This document shows, one piece after another, positions 1-11,199 of a DNA stretch of 64,000 nt. Made by a program: the position numbers and the translations under genes. Below the pieces are notes generated by a model, which saw only the letters and a list, made by a program, of their open reading frames with translations, did not search any database and had not been told where the DNA came from. Positions within the stretch are counted from its first letter, which is position 1; the number at the start of each line of letters is the position of its first letter. The stretch is from Callorhinchus milii (lineage: Eukaryota), in the NCBI RefSeq assembly GCF_018977255.1, contig NW_024704743.1, positions 15,440,001 to 15,504,000 of the forward strand, written 5' to 3'.

Positions 1-71
1 CGTAGTGCAAATTTCAAAAAATGTCTCCAGTGTTTCTACTGTCTGATCAATACTTCCATTAACTACAGATG

Positions 72-503
72 GTTTTCAGTTATCAGGAGAGGCTAGAGAA
101 GCTAGGATTATTCTCCTTGGAGCAGAGAAGGTTAAGAAGAGACTTAATAGAAGTTTTCAAAATTATGAGGGGATTTGATAAGGTGAACAAGGAGAAACTA
201 TTTCCACTGGCAGGTGGGTCGGTAACCCGAGGGCACCGATTTAAAATAGTTGTTAAAAGAAACAGAGGAGAGATGAGGAGAATTTTTTTTTGTTCAGATC
301 TGGAATGCATTGCCTGGAAGCCAATTCGATAACAGCTTTTAAGAGAGAAATAGATAATTATTTGGGGGGGACAAGTTTGCAGGGCTATGGGGAAAGGGCG
401 GAGGATTGGGATTGATTTGGATAGCTTTTTTCAAAGAGCCAGCACAGATATGATGGGTTGAATGGGCTCCTTCTGTGCTGTATAATTTTAGGATTCTATG
501 ATC
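72..503 (+). mobile_element. CR1 LINE 3' end (ORF2 C-terminus plus 3' UTR), 5'-truncated
   Basis: Translation YQERLEKLGLFSLEQRRLRRDLIEVFKIMRG...TRGHRFK is typical CR1 ORF2 C-terminus; ends in gggttgaatgggctccttctgtgctg and an ATTCTATG-type tail. Confidence 0.92.
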
Positions 504-1651
504 TTATAGAACCAAAATTGGGCATTGGAGAAATGGGTTTATAAAGAGTAAATGATATACAACCTTAGCTCATTCAATGGCCAAAGCATGACTTCGTTAG
601 AAGCTTCAGAATTCAGTGCCCTACCTAAGATATAGTAGGTACACATGTGAAAATCTGGGTGCTGATCTGAAATACAGTACAGACGCAGATTGAACAAACT
701 AAGATTCAGGCAGTACAGCACAACACAGTTCACAGCACTGATATGTTTTTGATCCAACATGAGAAATGTTGCTGCTTGGAAAATTTAAAATAAGGATGAA
801 AAGAAACAATCAAGCACAGAAAAAAACGATTTTTTGTTTCAGATACAAACATTAATGTTAGAGTCAACATACACTCCCCTTCTTTTACCTGCGAGATGTA
901 ACACAGCCCATCCCAGGTATCTCCTCCTCTGCAAAATGAACGATTTAACTCTTTATCCAATTTATTTCTAAAATTAGACAATCTTCCGGTCTTTCTATCC
1001 AGTCCTAAGCACTGACTGTAGGGTAATACTCCAACATCTCAAAACACAAAGCTGTCTATATCATCCACAGACTCCTGCAGACTATCATCCAAATTCTGAA
1101 TGACACATGCTGGATTTAGCAGCACAAAGATGCCCCATAGACATCAATCCCTAAAGCTTGCCTACATCAAAGGAGCTGCTGAGGCCTGTGGCTTCTCATC
1201 TAAAGACAATCCAGACATTTTTCTGCACACATTCAAAAATGTTACATTTGGGCTGTGTTTATGTGTACCATTCCTTGCGCTTGATAATTCAATGCATTTC
1301 CTGGGAAGATGCTGACCAGCTCACTACCAGATGTGTATCATCGTGGATTGGCACGCAAGCATTTGGAAGAAGTCCCTGCTGTACAGATCTGTACAAAGAT
1401 GGTGCCATTCCCTGAGTAAGAGTCGTAAATTTCCATTTATTTGACAGTGTTTACATTTGCAAGCAGCTGACAATGACAAGGGGCTGTATAAAATGGAACT
1501 TCTATTTCTTACATGATTATACAGCGTGACCAAAAAGTCGTGATACCATTACAATGTCTAATAAGTCTTAAAGAAAGTTATGATATTCTTTTGTTTTAGA
1601 TAAACAATAAAGAAACAATAAACTATCCTTCCCCTGAGTTCTCATTACTAG

Positions 1652-1712
1652 AACAACAACAAAAAACAAATTGCATTTATATAGCATCTTTCACATGGGA
1701 GGACGTCCCAAG
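1652..1712 (-). mobile_element. L2 LINE 3' tail fragment
   Basis: (CAA)n followed by ttgcatttatatagc...ggacgtcccaag, matching the tail of the L2 at 8557. Confidence 0.75.
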
Positions 1713-1749
1713 AGTGCAATGCGTGGGTAGTTTATTTCAGGTGCAGTTA

Positions 1750-2092
1750 TAATAATAATAATCATTGCATGTGATATAGCGCCTTATCACATCAATGAGA
1801 CATCTAAAGCGCTTCACAGAATATACTGTTAAATTAATTAATGGTACATTTTGTGGATAAAATTGGCTGCCCCATAAACAGTCATGGATTGAGGGACCAC
1901 ATTTTTTTTAATGAGTTTATTACCCCTGGAAAGTGATCCCCCAATTGACTGATGATGGGGTCCTACTTACTGCTGGGTAAACAGAGGCGTATGGAGTAAG
2001 GAAACTTGCCCAAGGTTTTGCCCTGCCTGGGAATTGAACCCGGGTCCTCTCGCTTGCAAAGCGAGTGCTTTAACCCCCACGCTACAGGACCG
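1750..2092 (-). mobile_element. tRNA-derived SINE with L2-type tail, near full length
   Basis: Reverse strand reads gtcctgtagcg...ctcgc-tttgcaa-gcgag...ggttcaattcc (tRNA-like head, B box), then accttgggcaagtttcc body and a gcgctatatcacatgcaatg(att)n tail; homologous to 42608-42918. Confidence 0.9.
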
Positions 2093-5000
2093 CACGATGC
2101 TCAGAAAGGAGATCTCTTAGAGCACTCTACTAAAAAATATTAGTACACATTCTATTTCGCACATAGTAGGAGATGGCTCATATCTAGACGGTGATGTTGA
2201 TGGATGGGTGTTGTATCCATCCTAAGAATAGAACTGGAGGGGACGCAGTGTTGAAGTGGACCTGACCATTCAAGGGTGGGGTGGGATGGGGCACAGACAC
2301 CTGGCACAAAGAAAAGATCCATCTCCGAAATTGCTCACCGAAAGCTGTTTCTTCATGGTGAAAAGCAATAAACTCCACTCCACCCAATGCTTCCAGGGGC
2401 AGCACCATGGTTGCGACTGGCTCCTCTTCATCAAGTGAAGGAAGCGAGAGGCTGTCCAGATAAATAACCATCTGCTGTCTCAGTTTCAGACTTATACAGG
2501 GCAGAACAGAACTTAGCAAATCCCCTGTTTATCTCATCTGGGTCCTTTAATCCTGCTTTTTTAAACCTGGACAGTTTCAATCCAGTTTCTCCTAGCAGTA
2601 AATCAACACAACCTGGTACTAAATTAGCACTTTTACTTAGAGAAGTTGGTCTTAAGACATTATATCATTGGAGCAGAGTAGAGGACCTTTTGAGTGGTCT
2701 ATATTACTTCAGTAGAAAGGTTACATTGGATGAGTCACATGAGCAGTTAGGTTAGAAGGTTAGAAAGTTGTTATAATAGGAAACATCTTACTCTATATAG
2801 ATGTATTTAATTTCACTTTCAACAAAAAAAACACAATTGCTATTCAATAGACTTTTAAACCAGAACTGACCAGCATTGATCAGTTCTTTCAACCATGATC
2901 CCAACAGGCAGCAGTCATAATTATTTTCAAATCCACTTTTAATATGAAGAAACAGATAATCAAAGCCCAGATAATGTAACGAATAGCGCAACTGGTTTTG
3001 CATCTAAAATAATTAAAATCAAGGCCTCCTCTGATAAGTCTCTTTCCACTGATACTCTGTTTCATTGTCCTTTCATCTAAACCGATGTTTGCTTTGAATA
3101 TCAATTTCCTTAGACTCACAAGAAAAAAAATAGTAAGAAACCGAGGTTCTGAATGATTAAAGTCTGCACAGTAAAGGGTTATGTAAACAGAGGGGGGTAG
3201 AGGGTTGTTAGACACAAAGTGAAGTGTGCACATTGCTGCATGCTTGTACGATCAAAACAAGGCTGTGTGTTTAATTACTGAACTGGAACATTGTTCATCT
3301 GGAGGCTGCACATAAACATGTTAGAAGCATTTCTAAGGAGATTCTAGTTTCTAAACTAATTTAAAGACTTGCTACAGCATTTAAAACATGCTACAAAATC
3401 AGGAATGTACAACTTTTTCTGCTTTTGCAGAGTAGCTAACTCACATATTGTTGAAGCTGAACTAACTTCCCTGTAAACCTTTACTTAATTGTTATTCCAA
3501 GGATGAATAAATGAGCCACGTCATATCCAGTTCGCCAGTTTGGTGTTATTAATTTACTGCCTTTTGTTCTCTGGCTACACGTTTCTGAGTTCCTCAGGCC
3601 TCTGCTTAACCTGTCCAGACAAGTGACTATAAAGTTAAGAATCAGTGTGCTTTCAGGAGTTGGATTGCCCAGAAAGCTGTCTTTTTTCTCCTGCATCCCA
3701 TTAATTTGCCATCTGCAGAGGGTGTTTAGTGGTTCTATGAGATTTAATTGCCATCATTCCACAGGAACATATTTGTTGCGCGGAACTTTTCTATCAACAT
3801 TCTCTAAAGGGAATAAGTGTCAATCCTTTGCCTGAAACAAACTGAACAGTGTTTGCAATAAAAACTTTACTGCTTTAGTAAGCAGAAAAGAAGGACATGG
3901 GGGAACCAGGGAAATGTTTTTCATTCTGAGTGAGTGGCACATGTTTTTTCATGTTGGGAATGCTTTTGATTTCTTACTGATGTGGACAAGAACTCAGACA
4001 TCAATTTAGTGAGTGTTTGGCTCTTGAAGTTACATGAAAAAATTCTATCTTTGATGTTTTTGCTCATTGTTTTTTGGTGTATATTTTCCTGTCATTTTCC
4101 CAGGGTCCAAAAACTCCTCACTAACACCACAATATCTTGTTTTAGACCCAGCTAAAGGTCTTAGTGAGGAGGAAATACTTTTGCTCAGAAAATATTAAAC
4201 CAAGATAAAGGTGGAAACAGATGTGCACGTAACATGAAAAAGGACAGGTATGATGTATTCCCAACATACAGTGGTCTTTTGTCATGTTATGCACTCTGAA
4301 CCCAAATCTGGAAGGTTGAAAGGATAGCCACACAGGTATATACAAATTGTACAAAGGAGTTCAATTACACTGAGTTAATCTTTCTCAGATGTCTTGAGTT
4401 AAGCAGTACAAGTCTAATGAATGTACTTCTGTTTCTACCTTGTTACAAATATGTTTCACCAGTTGGAGCACTGAGATAAAAATTTCCATTCGAGTCTGTA
4501 GTTAGGGATCTGCTTCCACTAATAAACACATTTGCTTGGTTATTCCCTTCAAGAATAGCTTGTATTCCCTCTTATATTTTCAATAGGAGGGGCAGCCTTT
4601 TTTCTTATGAATTGTGTGCTATATATGTCATGTGTCTAGCTATTTTTAAAAACATTCTTTTTTTTCTATTTATTTTGCATTATAATACATAGTTAATTTT
4701 CACCGTTAATTTGTACAATCTGGGTGCCATACGCCAGCTGGGGAAATTCAGTCCTTTTGAAATAGGAATGTTTTCCACTTTATACACCCAATCTCAAACT
4801 GAATATTTCCAGCACCATTGTCACACAGTCAGATATAGATTAATGTTGTTTGTTCTCAGAGGTGGAAGGATATCTTCGTAAACTATGTCAGGGGAACCTG
4901 CATTAATACTGTACCTGGTTTAGCCAAATATACCAATGCTATTTTCTACAATGTAGATTCCAATTTTGGATCCAGTTTGCATTTTTTTNCTAACTTTCAT

Positions 5001-5709
5001 TTTGCTGAGATTCCCTCTTACTCTGATTCCATATAAGTAAGTACATTGCAGCCTCAAGTTTAAAAAGCTTTGAAAAGATTAAAGAGAGAATAGGGTCTGC
5101 TGTAACTTTACAATTTTTAAAAAAAAACTCTTTCACCTTGGACTGTATTTTCTGTATAATAAAGTAAGGTATGGGCCAGATGATCACCTCTTTTTCCCCC
5201 TAAATCCAATCTATTTACTAAAGTCAAATTTAGATTTGTTCAATGTTTGTGCTTGAATAGGTATTAGATTTGGAAATGCAACATCTGATTCATTATTTGA
5301 AGTTTTACCAGTCACCTTTGTAATTTAGACTGGGTATATGATTTAGAGATTTCTAAATCCCAATTTATATGCCAGGAAGTTACAGAAAACAACTCTTGCT
5401 GGTAATTGGAAGTGCGTCATGCTGACTACTGGACCTCAATTCTGACATGATCTACTTCTGAGTACATTGGACGTACCTCGGGCTGGCATAATTTGTTAGT
5501 GGCAAGAATTGCTATAGCATTTCAGATCATCCAGAATTTAGGGTATTGCTGAATTCTGTTTTAACTTGAAGTCAGTTTCCGTTCTTTTTAAAACAAAGTT
5601 ACAGAAAAGCAACTTCAAAATTAGAGCTGTATTTAAGAATTTGCTGAATTCTGAACATTCTGCAATTCCACATTAAGAGTAAATCTAGATCCAGGTGTGG
5701 AATTTACTG

Positions 5710-6085
5710 TGTGCAAATTTTGCCCACAAAACACACAGTCACTGCATTTTACTGTACATCCTGTGAAGTGCTTTGAGACCTTCGACTGACGTGAATGTCA
5801 CCATGTCAGATGTAAGGGTTATTATTATATTTCTACCCTATTTTGTTTTCACTCAAATTAGCTTCCTCATTCCAATCTCTAAGATTAGTGGAGCATTAAA
5901 AGTGTTAAAACAAATTCAAAATTGGGTCACACTGTTTTTGGGACACTGCTGTGCGCAATGGCTGACGTGTTTCGCCCACAAAATATCAGTCAATTCACTT
6001 TACAATATTTTCTGTGAAGTGCTTTGAGACATCTCAATGACACGAAAAGGTGCTATATCAAATGCAAGGCTTATTATCATTATAT
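5710..6085 (+). mobile_element. Two SINE 3'-half fragments (about 5710-5830 and 5915-6085)
   Basis: gcccacaaaa...cagtca...gtgaagtgctttgagac...tatcaaatgcaagg matches the 3' half of the SINE at 42608. Confidence 0.8.
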
Positions 6086-6169
6086 TAATCAGAACACAGA
6101 ATGGATTGTAAATTTTTAGAAATATGTTCCTAGCTGCTTACCTAGGCAGTGCAGTACAGTTCCAGATTA

Positions 6170-6445
6170 TATCCTTCACATGAGATGTTAAACCAAGGTC
6201 CTATTCTAGTAGTTTCAGTTGGATTTAAATTTTTTCTCTGACATTATTTTGAAGAAGAGCAAATACTTTTCCTAGTATCCTGGCCAATACTTGTACCACA
6301 TTCCCCAAACATTGTTAATTATGAAACTTTGCTGGCACAGATTAATTGGTGCATTAGTCATTGCACTGCAAATGTATTGTGTAAAGAGCTTACAATGCTT
6401 CAACATGATAAGATGCAATGTATCAAAATTCAAGTATTATTAATA
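6170..6445 (+). mobile_element. Degenerate DeuSINE (SacSINE1/AmnSINE-like) fragment
   Basis: atgagatgttaaaccaaggtcc...ttgaagaagagc...tcctggccaata resembles the Deu domain; L2-type tail follows. Confidence 0.65.
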
Positions 6446-6879
6446 CATTAGCTCCTGGAAGTGTTGTTTTTGATAGTTTGTGCTTGTGTTATTCTTGTTA
6501 TCTGGTTTTCCCACCTTGCTTACTGATTCTATTTGCCATTATTCTGACTACTTCTCTTCCCAATGCTTTTAGCATGGAACTTGGACCGATTGCTAGTTAT
6601 GGTGAAGACTGCAGGGAGAATTCCACTGACACAGAAGATGTAGCATCTGTATGGACATTACCCAGCTGACGGAGAATAAAGAAATCGAGCCTCATTCCTT
6701 GGCATGTCTGAAAAGCAGTGCCTCAAGAGGCTATGTTTTCAGATAAGCAGTGACTGAATGCTACCACTGTAGACAGGAAGCCCTGCAGGCATGTTGCAGC
6801 TTGCCACCATCTCTACCTGTGCTGGTCACAACAGCCATTTCTACGCATTTGGCAGCTTTCATACTCCTTCAGAAGATAT

Positions 6880-7230
6880 TAATAATAATAATCTTTGGAT
6901 TTGATATAGTGCCTTATCACGTCTTTGAGACGTCTCAAAGCGCTTCACAGAATATACTGTAAAGTGAATTGACTGTATATTTTGTGGGCGAAACTCGGCA
7001 GTGAATTGCGCACAGCAGTGTCCCACAAACAGTCATTTTTTGTTCAGGGAATTATTACCCCCAGAAAAGCAATCCGCCAATTGACTAAAAACTGCGTTCA
7101 TATTCATTGCTAGGTAAACAGAGGCGTGTGGAGTAAGGGAACTTGGCTAATATTTCACTCTACCTGGGAATCGAACCAAGGTCTCTTGCTTGAGAGATGA
7201 GTGCTCTAACCAATGCGCTATAGGACTCCA
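6880..7230 (-). mobile_element. tRNA-derived SINE, full length
   Basis: Same family as 1750-2092: (AAT)n tail, body, and tRNA head gggaatcgaacc...gctataggactcc on the + strand. Confidence 0.9.
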
Positions 7231-7561
7231 CATATTGCAAATCATTGTGAACGTATTGAATAAAGTGACTTTTGATGTATTTGGATGGGTATCATGGTAT
7301 AGTTCCTCAGTTTGAAACCCAAATATGGCTGTAATCATTTTTATAACCTCCATCCCTCTTTTGCCCCTCATGTTCTCTTACAATTGTAAAACAAAATTAA
7401 TGAAAATTAATAATAATCTTTGTGTTTGATATAATGCCTTTCACGTCTGAAAGTACTTCACAAATTATACTGTAAAGCGGTGTGGCGGCACAATATTATA
7501 CGTTTAAGGCTAAGATCATGGGATACTTCAGATCTCAGGTATGGTGGTCCCATCCAATTTC

Positions 7562-7671
7562 CACTCACTCACTCACTCACTCACTCACTCACTCACTCAC
7601 TCACTCACTCACTCACTCACTCACTCACTCACTCACTCACTCACTCACTCACTCACTCACTCACTCACTCA
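7562..7671. repeat. (CACT)n tetranucleotide microsatellite
   Basis: About 27 perfect CACT units. Confidence 0.98.
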
Positions 7672-7771
7672 TTATTATGTTGATGCAGTAGCAGCTTTAG
7701 CTATTATGATAAGATCAATGAGCAGTTACTCAACCCTAGCACCAGATTTAACACATCTTTCCTTAACTTAA

Positions 7772-7970
7772 CACAAAATACTACAGATGCTGGAAATCTG
7801 AAACAAAAACAGAAGTCGCTGGGTACACACAGCAGGTCACGCAGCATCGATAGAGAAAGAAAAGTGAGTCAACGATTTGGATCCACAATTCTTCATCAGA
7901 ACTGGGGCATGTTGGGAGGGAAAGGCTTTTAAGGGCTAACAGAGAGGGGGGAGGCAGGGCAAGGAAGACA
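7772..7970 (-). mobile_element. Penelope-like element terminal-repeat fragment (appears to resume at about 8213-8310)
   Basis: acaaaatactacagatgctggaaatctgaaacaaaaacagaag...cagcaggtcacgcagcatc...ttcatcagaactgg resembles, from recall, the abundant shark Penelope-type terminal repeat; minus strand carries the hammerhead box CTGATGA. Confidence 0.6.
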
Positions 7971-8215
7971 ACAACAACAACAACAACAACAACAAGATTC
8001 CATTTATAGAGCGCCTTTCATGTCAGGAGGACGTCCCAAGGCGCTGTTCAGTTGGGTCAGGACCCGAGCAGGGGGGAAATGGGCAGGGTGAGTGGAGGGA
8101 AGGGAGGGAGCGAGGAGGGGGTAGAGAGTCAAGAGGGGAGCTGAAGGCACGGTCAAAGAGAAAGGTCTTGAGACCGGCCTTGAAGGCGGTGCCAGTTGTG
8201 GCGCAGATGTGGGGA
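7968..8215 (-). mobile_element. Short, internally deleted L2 copy
   Basis: (CAA)n plus L2 tail; 8182-8212 matches ORF2 sequence at 8981-9011 of the neighbouring L2. Confidence 0.85.
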
Positions 8216-8314
8216 AGACAAAGAAGAAAATGTGGTAGAGGACAGGGGATGATGGGTTAAAGATGTGCTAATGATGCAAAACATAGAGGGTATTGCAACA
8301 AAACAGAGGAATAG

Positions 8315-8411
8315 AGTTAAGGAAACTTGCCCAACATTTTGCCGAGGAATCAAACCCAGGTCCTCTTGCTTGAGAGGCGAGTGCTCTAGCCATTAATCAA
8401 CAGGACTCTAC
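8315..8411 (-). mobile_element. SINE head fragment
   Basis: aaggaaacttgccc...gaatcaaacccaggtcc...gagtgctctagcc...caggactc, homologous to the SINE 5' end. Confidence 0.8.
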
Positions 8412-8556
8412 GATTGTGTGCTTTCCTCTGTTTACACTCCTTCGCTATAGTGATTCTAATCTATTCAAAATAGAGATGAACAGACTTGTTATGTACACTA
8501 AGAGTTATTACTATTAGTTTGGTGAAAATATAAAAAGATTAAAGCTTGGCCCACTT

Positions 8557-10095
8557 AACAACAACAACAACATGATTGCATTTATAGAGCGCCTTTCACG
8601 TCGGGAGGACGTCCCAAGGTGCTAGACAGTTAAAGGGTGGGGATGTGGAGCAGAGGAACGGAGGGTATGGTGAGGTAAATAGGGGGATAATAGGTCGGAG
8701 AGGTAGGAGGGTGCAAGGCCGTGAATTCGATCCTCTGGCGGATGGGGAGCCAGTGGAGGTGAACGAGGGTGGGAGTGATGTGATCGCGAAGCCTGGTGCG
8801 GGACAGTACACGAGCTGCAGAGTTCTGAATGACCTGCAGCTTGTGGAGGGAGGTACCAGGAAGGCCGGCGAGGAGAGAGTTCCCATAGTCCAGCCTTGAG
8901 GTGATAAAGGCGTGGACCAGTGTTTCAGCAGCGTGAGGGGTGATGTAGTGCCGTAGTCTTGCGATGTTCCGGAGGTGGTGGAAGGCAGTGCCAGTTGTGG
9001 CGCAGATATGAGGGAGAAAGGACAGCTCAGGGTCGAACAGAACACCGAGGTTCCTGATTGGCTTTGAGAGGTGGAGAGTGCAGCCTTGGATGCTGATGCT
9101 GTCAGCGCCTGAGGTGCGGAGGCGCTGACGTGAGCCAATCAGGAGGGACTCAGTTTTGCGCACGTTGAGCTGAAGAAAGTTGTCTCTCATCCAGGACTCG
9201 ACATCAGACAGTCAGCTGTCAGGACATCGGTGGTCGTGGAGTTGAGGGTAGAGGAGGAAAGGTAGAGTTGGGTGTCATCCGCATACATGTGGAAGTTAAC
9301 CCCATGTCTGCGGATGATGTCACCAAGGGGAAGCATATAGAGGGTGAAGAGGAGGGGACCGAGGACAGAGCCCTGAAGGACACCGCACGAGACAGTGCGG
9401 GGGCTGGAGGAAAAGCCGTTTGGAAAGGCAAAATAAAGACGGTGGGAGAGGTAGGACCTAAACCACTCAAGGACAGGGCCTTGAAGGTTGAGGTGGGAGG
9501 ACAAGCGGTGGAGGAGGATAGAGTGGTCGACCGTATCGATTGCGGCCGATAGGTCGAGGAGGACAGCACGGAAATTCGACTGGAGGGGTTCAAATAGTGA
9601 GTGGGTGGAGAAGAAAGAGTACAGCTGGGAGGCAACGACTCTTTCAAAAACCTTGGACAGGAAGGGGAGGTTGGAGATGGGCCGGTAACTTGATAGCTGC
9701 GATGCATCAAGGGAGGGTTTTTTCAGTATGGGAGTGATGGTGGTAGTTTTGAGGGGAATGGGAACAGAGCCAGAGGAGAGGGACAGGTTAATGGTGTCTG
9801 TGAGAAGTGGGGCAAGGAGATGGAGCTGGGAGATAAGGAGTGGAGTGGGGATGGGGTCCAGGGAGCAGGTGGTGGGTTTCAAGGACAGGATGAGTTTGGT
9901 GACAGAGGGTGGGGAAAGGGGTTCGAAGGTGTGTAGGGGAGGATGGGTAGGAGTCGGAGTGTGGGAGGGAAGGGGTGGGGGTGGGTGGAAGTTGGAGGGG
10001 CAGTGACTGCGGAGCGGTTTCCCTTAATTTTAGATTCAAGGAAATCCAGCATCTCCTCGCAGTGAAGGTTGGAGGAGATGACCTGCGTGGGGTTC
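8557..10095 (-). mobile_element. L2 LINE ORF2 reverse-transcriptase fragment, 5'-truncated, frameshifted and internally deleted
   Basis: ORFs 9187-9882 and 8630-9190 give [69 protein letters not shown]; (TTG)n tail at 8557. Confidence 0.95.
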
Positions 10096-10244
10096 ATTCA
10101 AGGTACAGGATCTGAACCTTTGGACAGCACTATCTGGATATCAAATGCCCAAATTATAAGATTTATTTGGTCTTGAATGAAGGACTAACACAGAATGATT
10201 GCGTGTGAGGGTGAGTTTGACTCCTCCATATCTTCAGGGATCAG

Positions 10245-11020
10245 GGATGAACAGATATAGCTATCAATAAGGATTGGACAGATTGGAGATTTTCTCTTTG
10301 GAGATGAGACATTTGCTAGGGGACCCAATAGAGGTGTTTAAGAATATGAAAACATTCAGTAAGATGGATGTTATTAGACTGTTTTCACTTGCTTGCTTAA
10401 ATCTTGCCACTTATTATTATTACTCCTTGCCTGTCTTCAGATGGCAGCTTCCTTTTTGAGCAATTCTACGGTTATCTCCCCACTCTTCCTGGTTAGGCAT
10501 CAAGCTCTGCCACTGTTATGCGCTCTGTGTGAAGGGTGCTACAAAATAAATTCTTGTGGATAAAGGGATTAAGGGATATGGGGATAAGGCGGGTAGGTGG
10601 AGTTAGAATAGATCAGCCATGATCTTATTGAATGGCGGGACAGGCTATGAGGGGCCGAATGGCCTACTCCTGCTCCTATTTCTTATGTTCTTATATTCAA
10701 ATTGTTGTTGTTGAGTCTGAAACAGGGGAGCGTAAATATAAGATAACTAGTAGCAAATCTAAAACGGGAAGTTTGGAGGAACTTTCTTGACACAGACAGT
10801 GGGGATCGGGTGGGCGGGGAAGGGGGAATATGGAACTCAATTTCAGAAGCTGTGGTTGAAGCGAAAAGCATCAACATATTGAAGAGGAAAGGAGAAGAGA
10901 ATAGATGTGTAAAGGAGAGGGGATAAGGAAGAGTGGAGGCTGGGATGGAGGTTTGTGTGGAGTATAAACACCAGCAGTTGAGGTGAACAACCTGTTTCCC
11001 TCCTGGATCATTCTATGTTC
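10245..11020 (+). mobile_element. Cluster of CR1 3' fragments (about 10245-10390, 10555-10695, 10710-11020)
   Basis: DRLEIFSLEMRHLLGDPIEVFKNMK; 3' UTR gatcagccatgatcttattgaatggcgg...ggccgaatggcctactcctgctcc; second tail ending cattctatg. Confidence 0.85.
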
Positions 11021-11199
11021 AATTCAATTATTTCACAGCATAAAAAGAGGACATTATTCCTTAGGCTAATCACCCAAACGCGTTTGTTCAATATAAAGTC
11101 TTAAAAAGAGACACGAACTTCATTGTTTTCTCTTTTTTTCTTTGTTATTTTGCTGCATTAACCCAAAGCTCTACCCTGTTCCAATCCTGTTCGAAATGA

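Noticed and set aside
4989..4989. Single N base
   Set aside because: Assembly ambiguity or gap marker; only a caution that the flanks may not be contiguous
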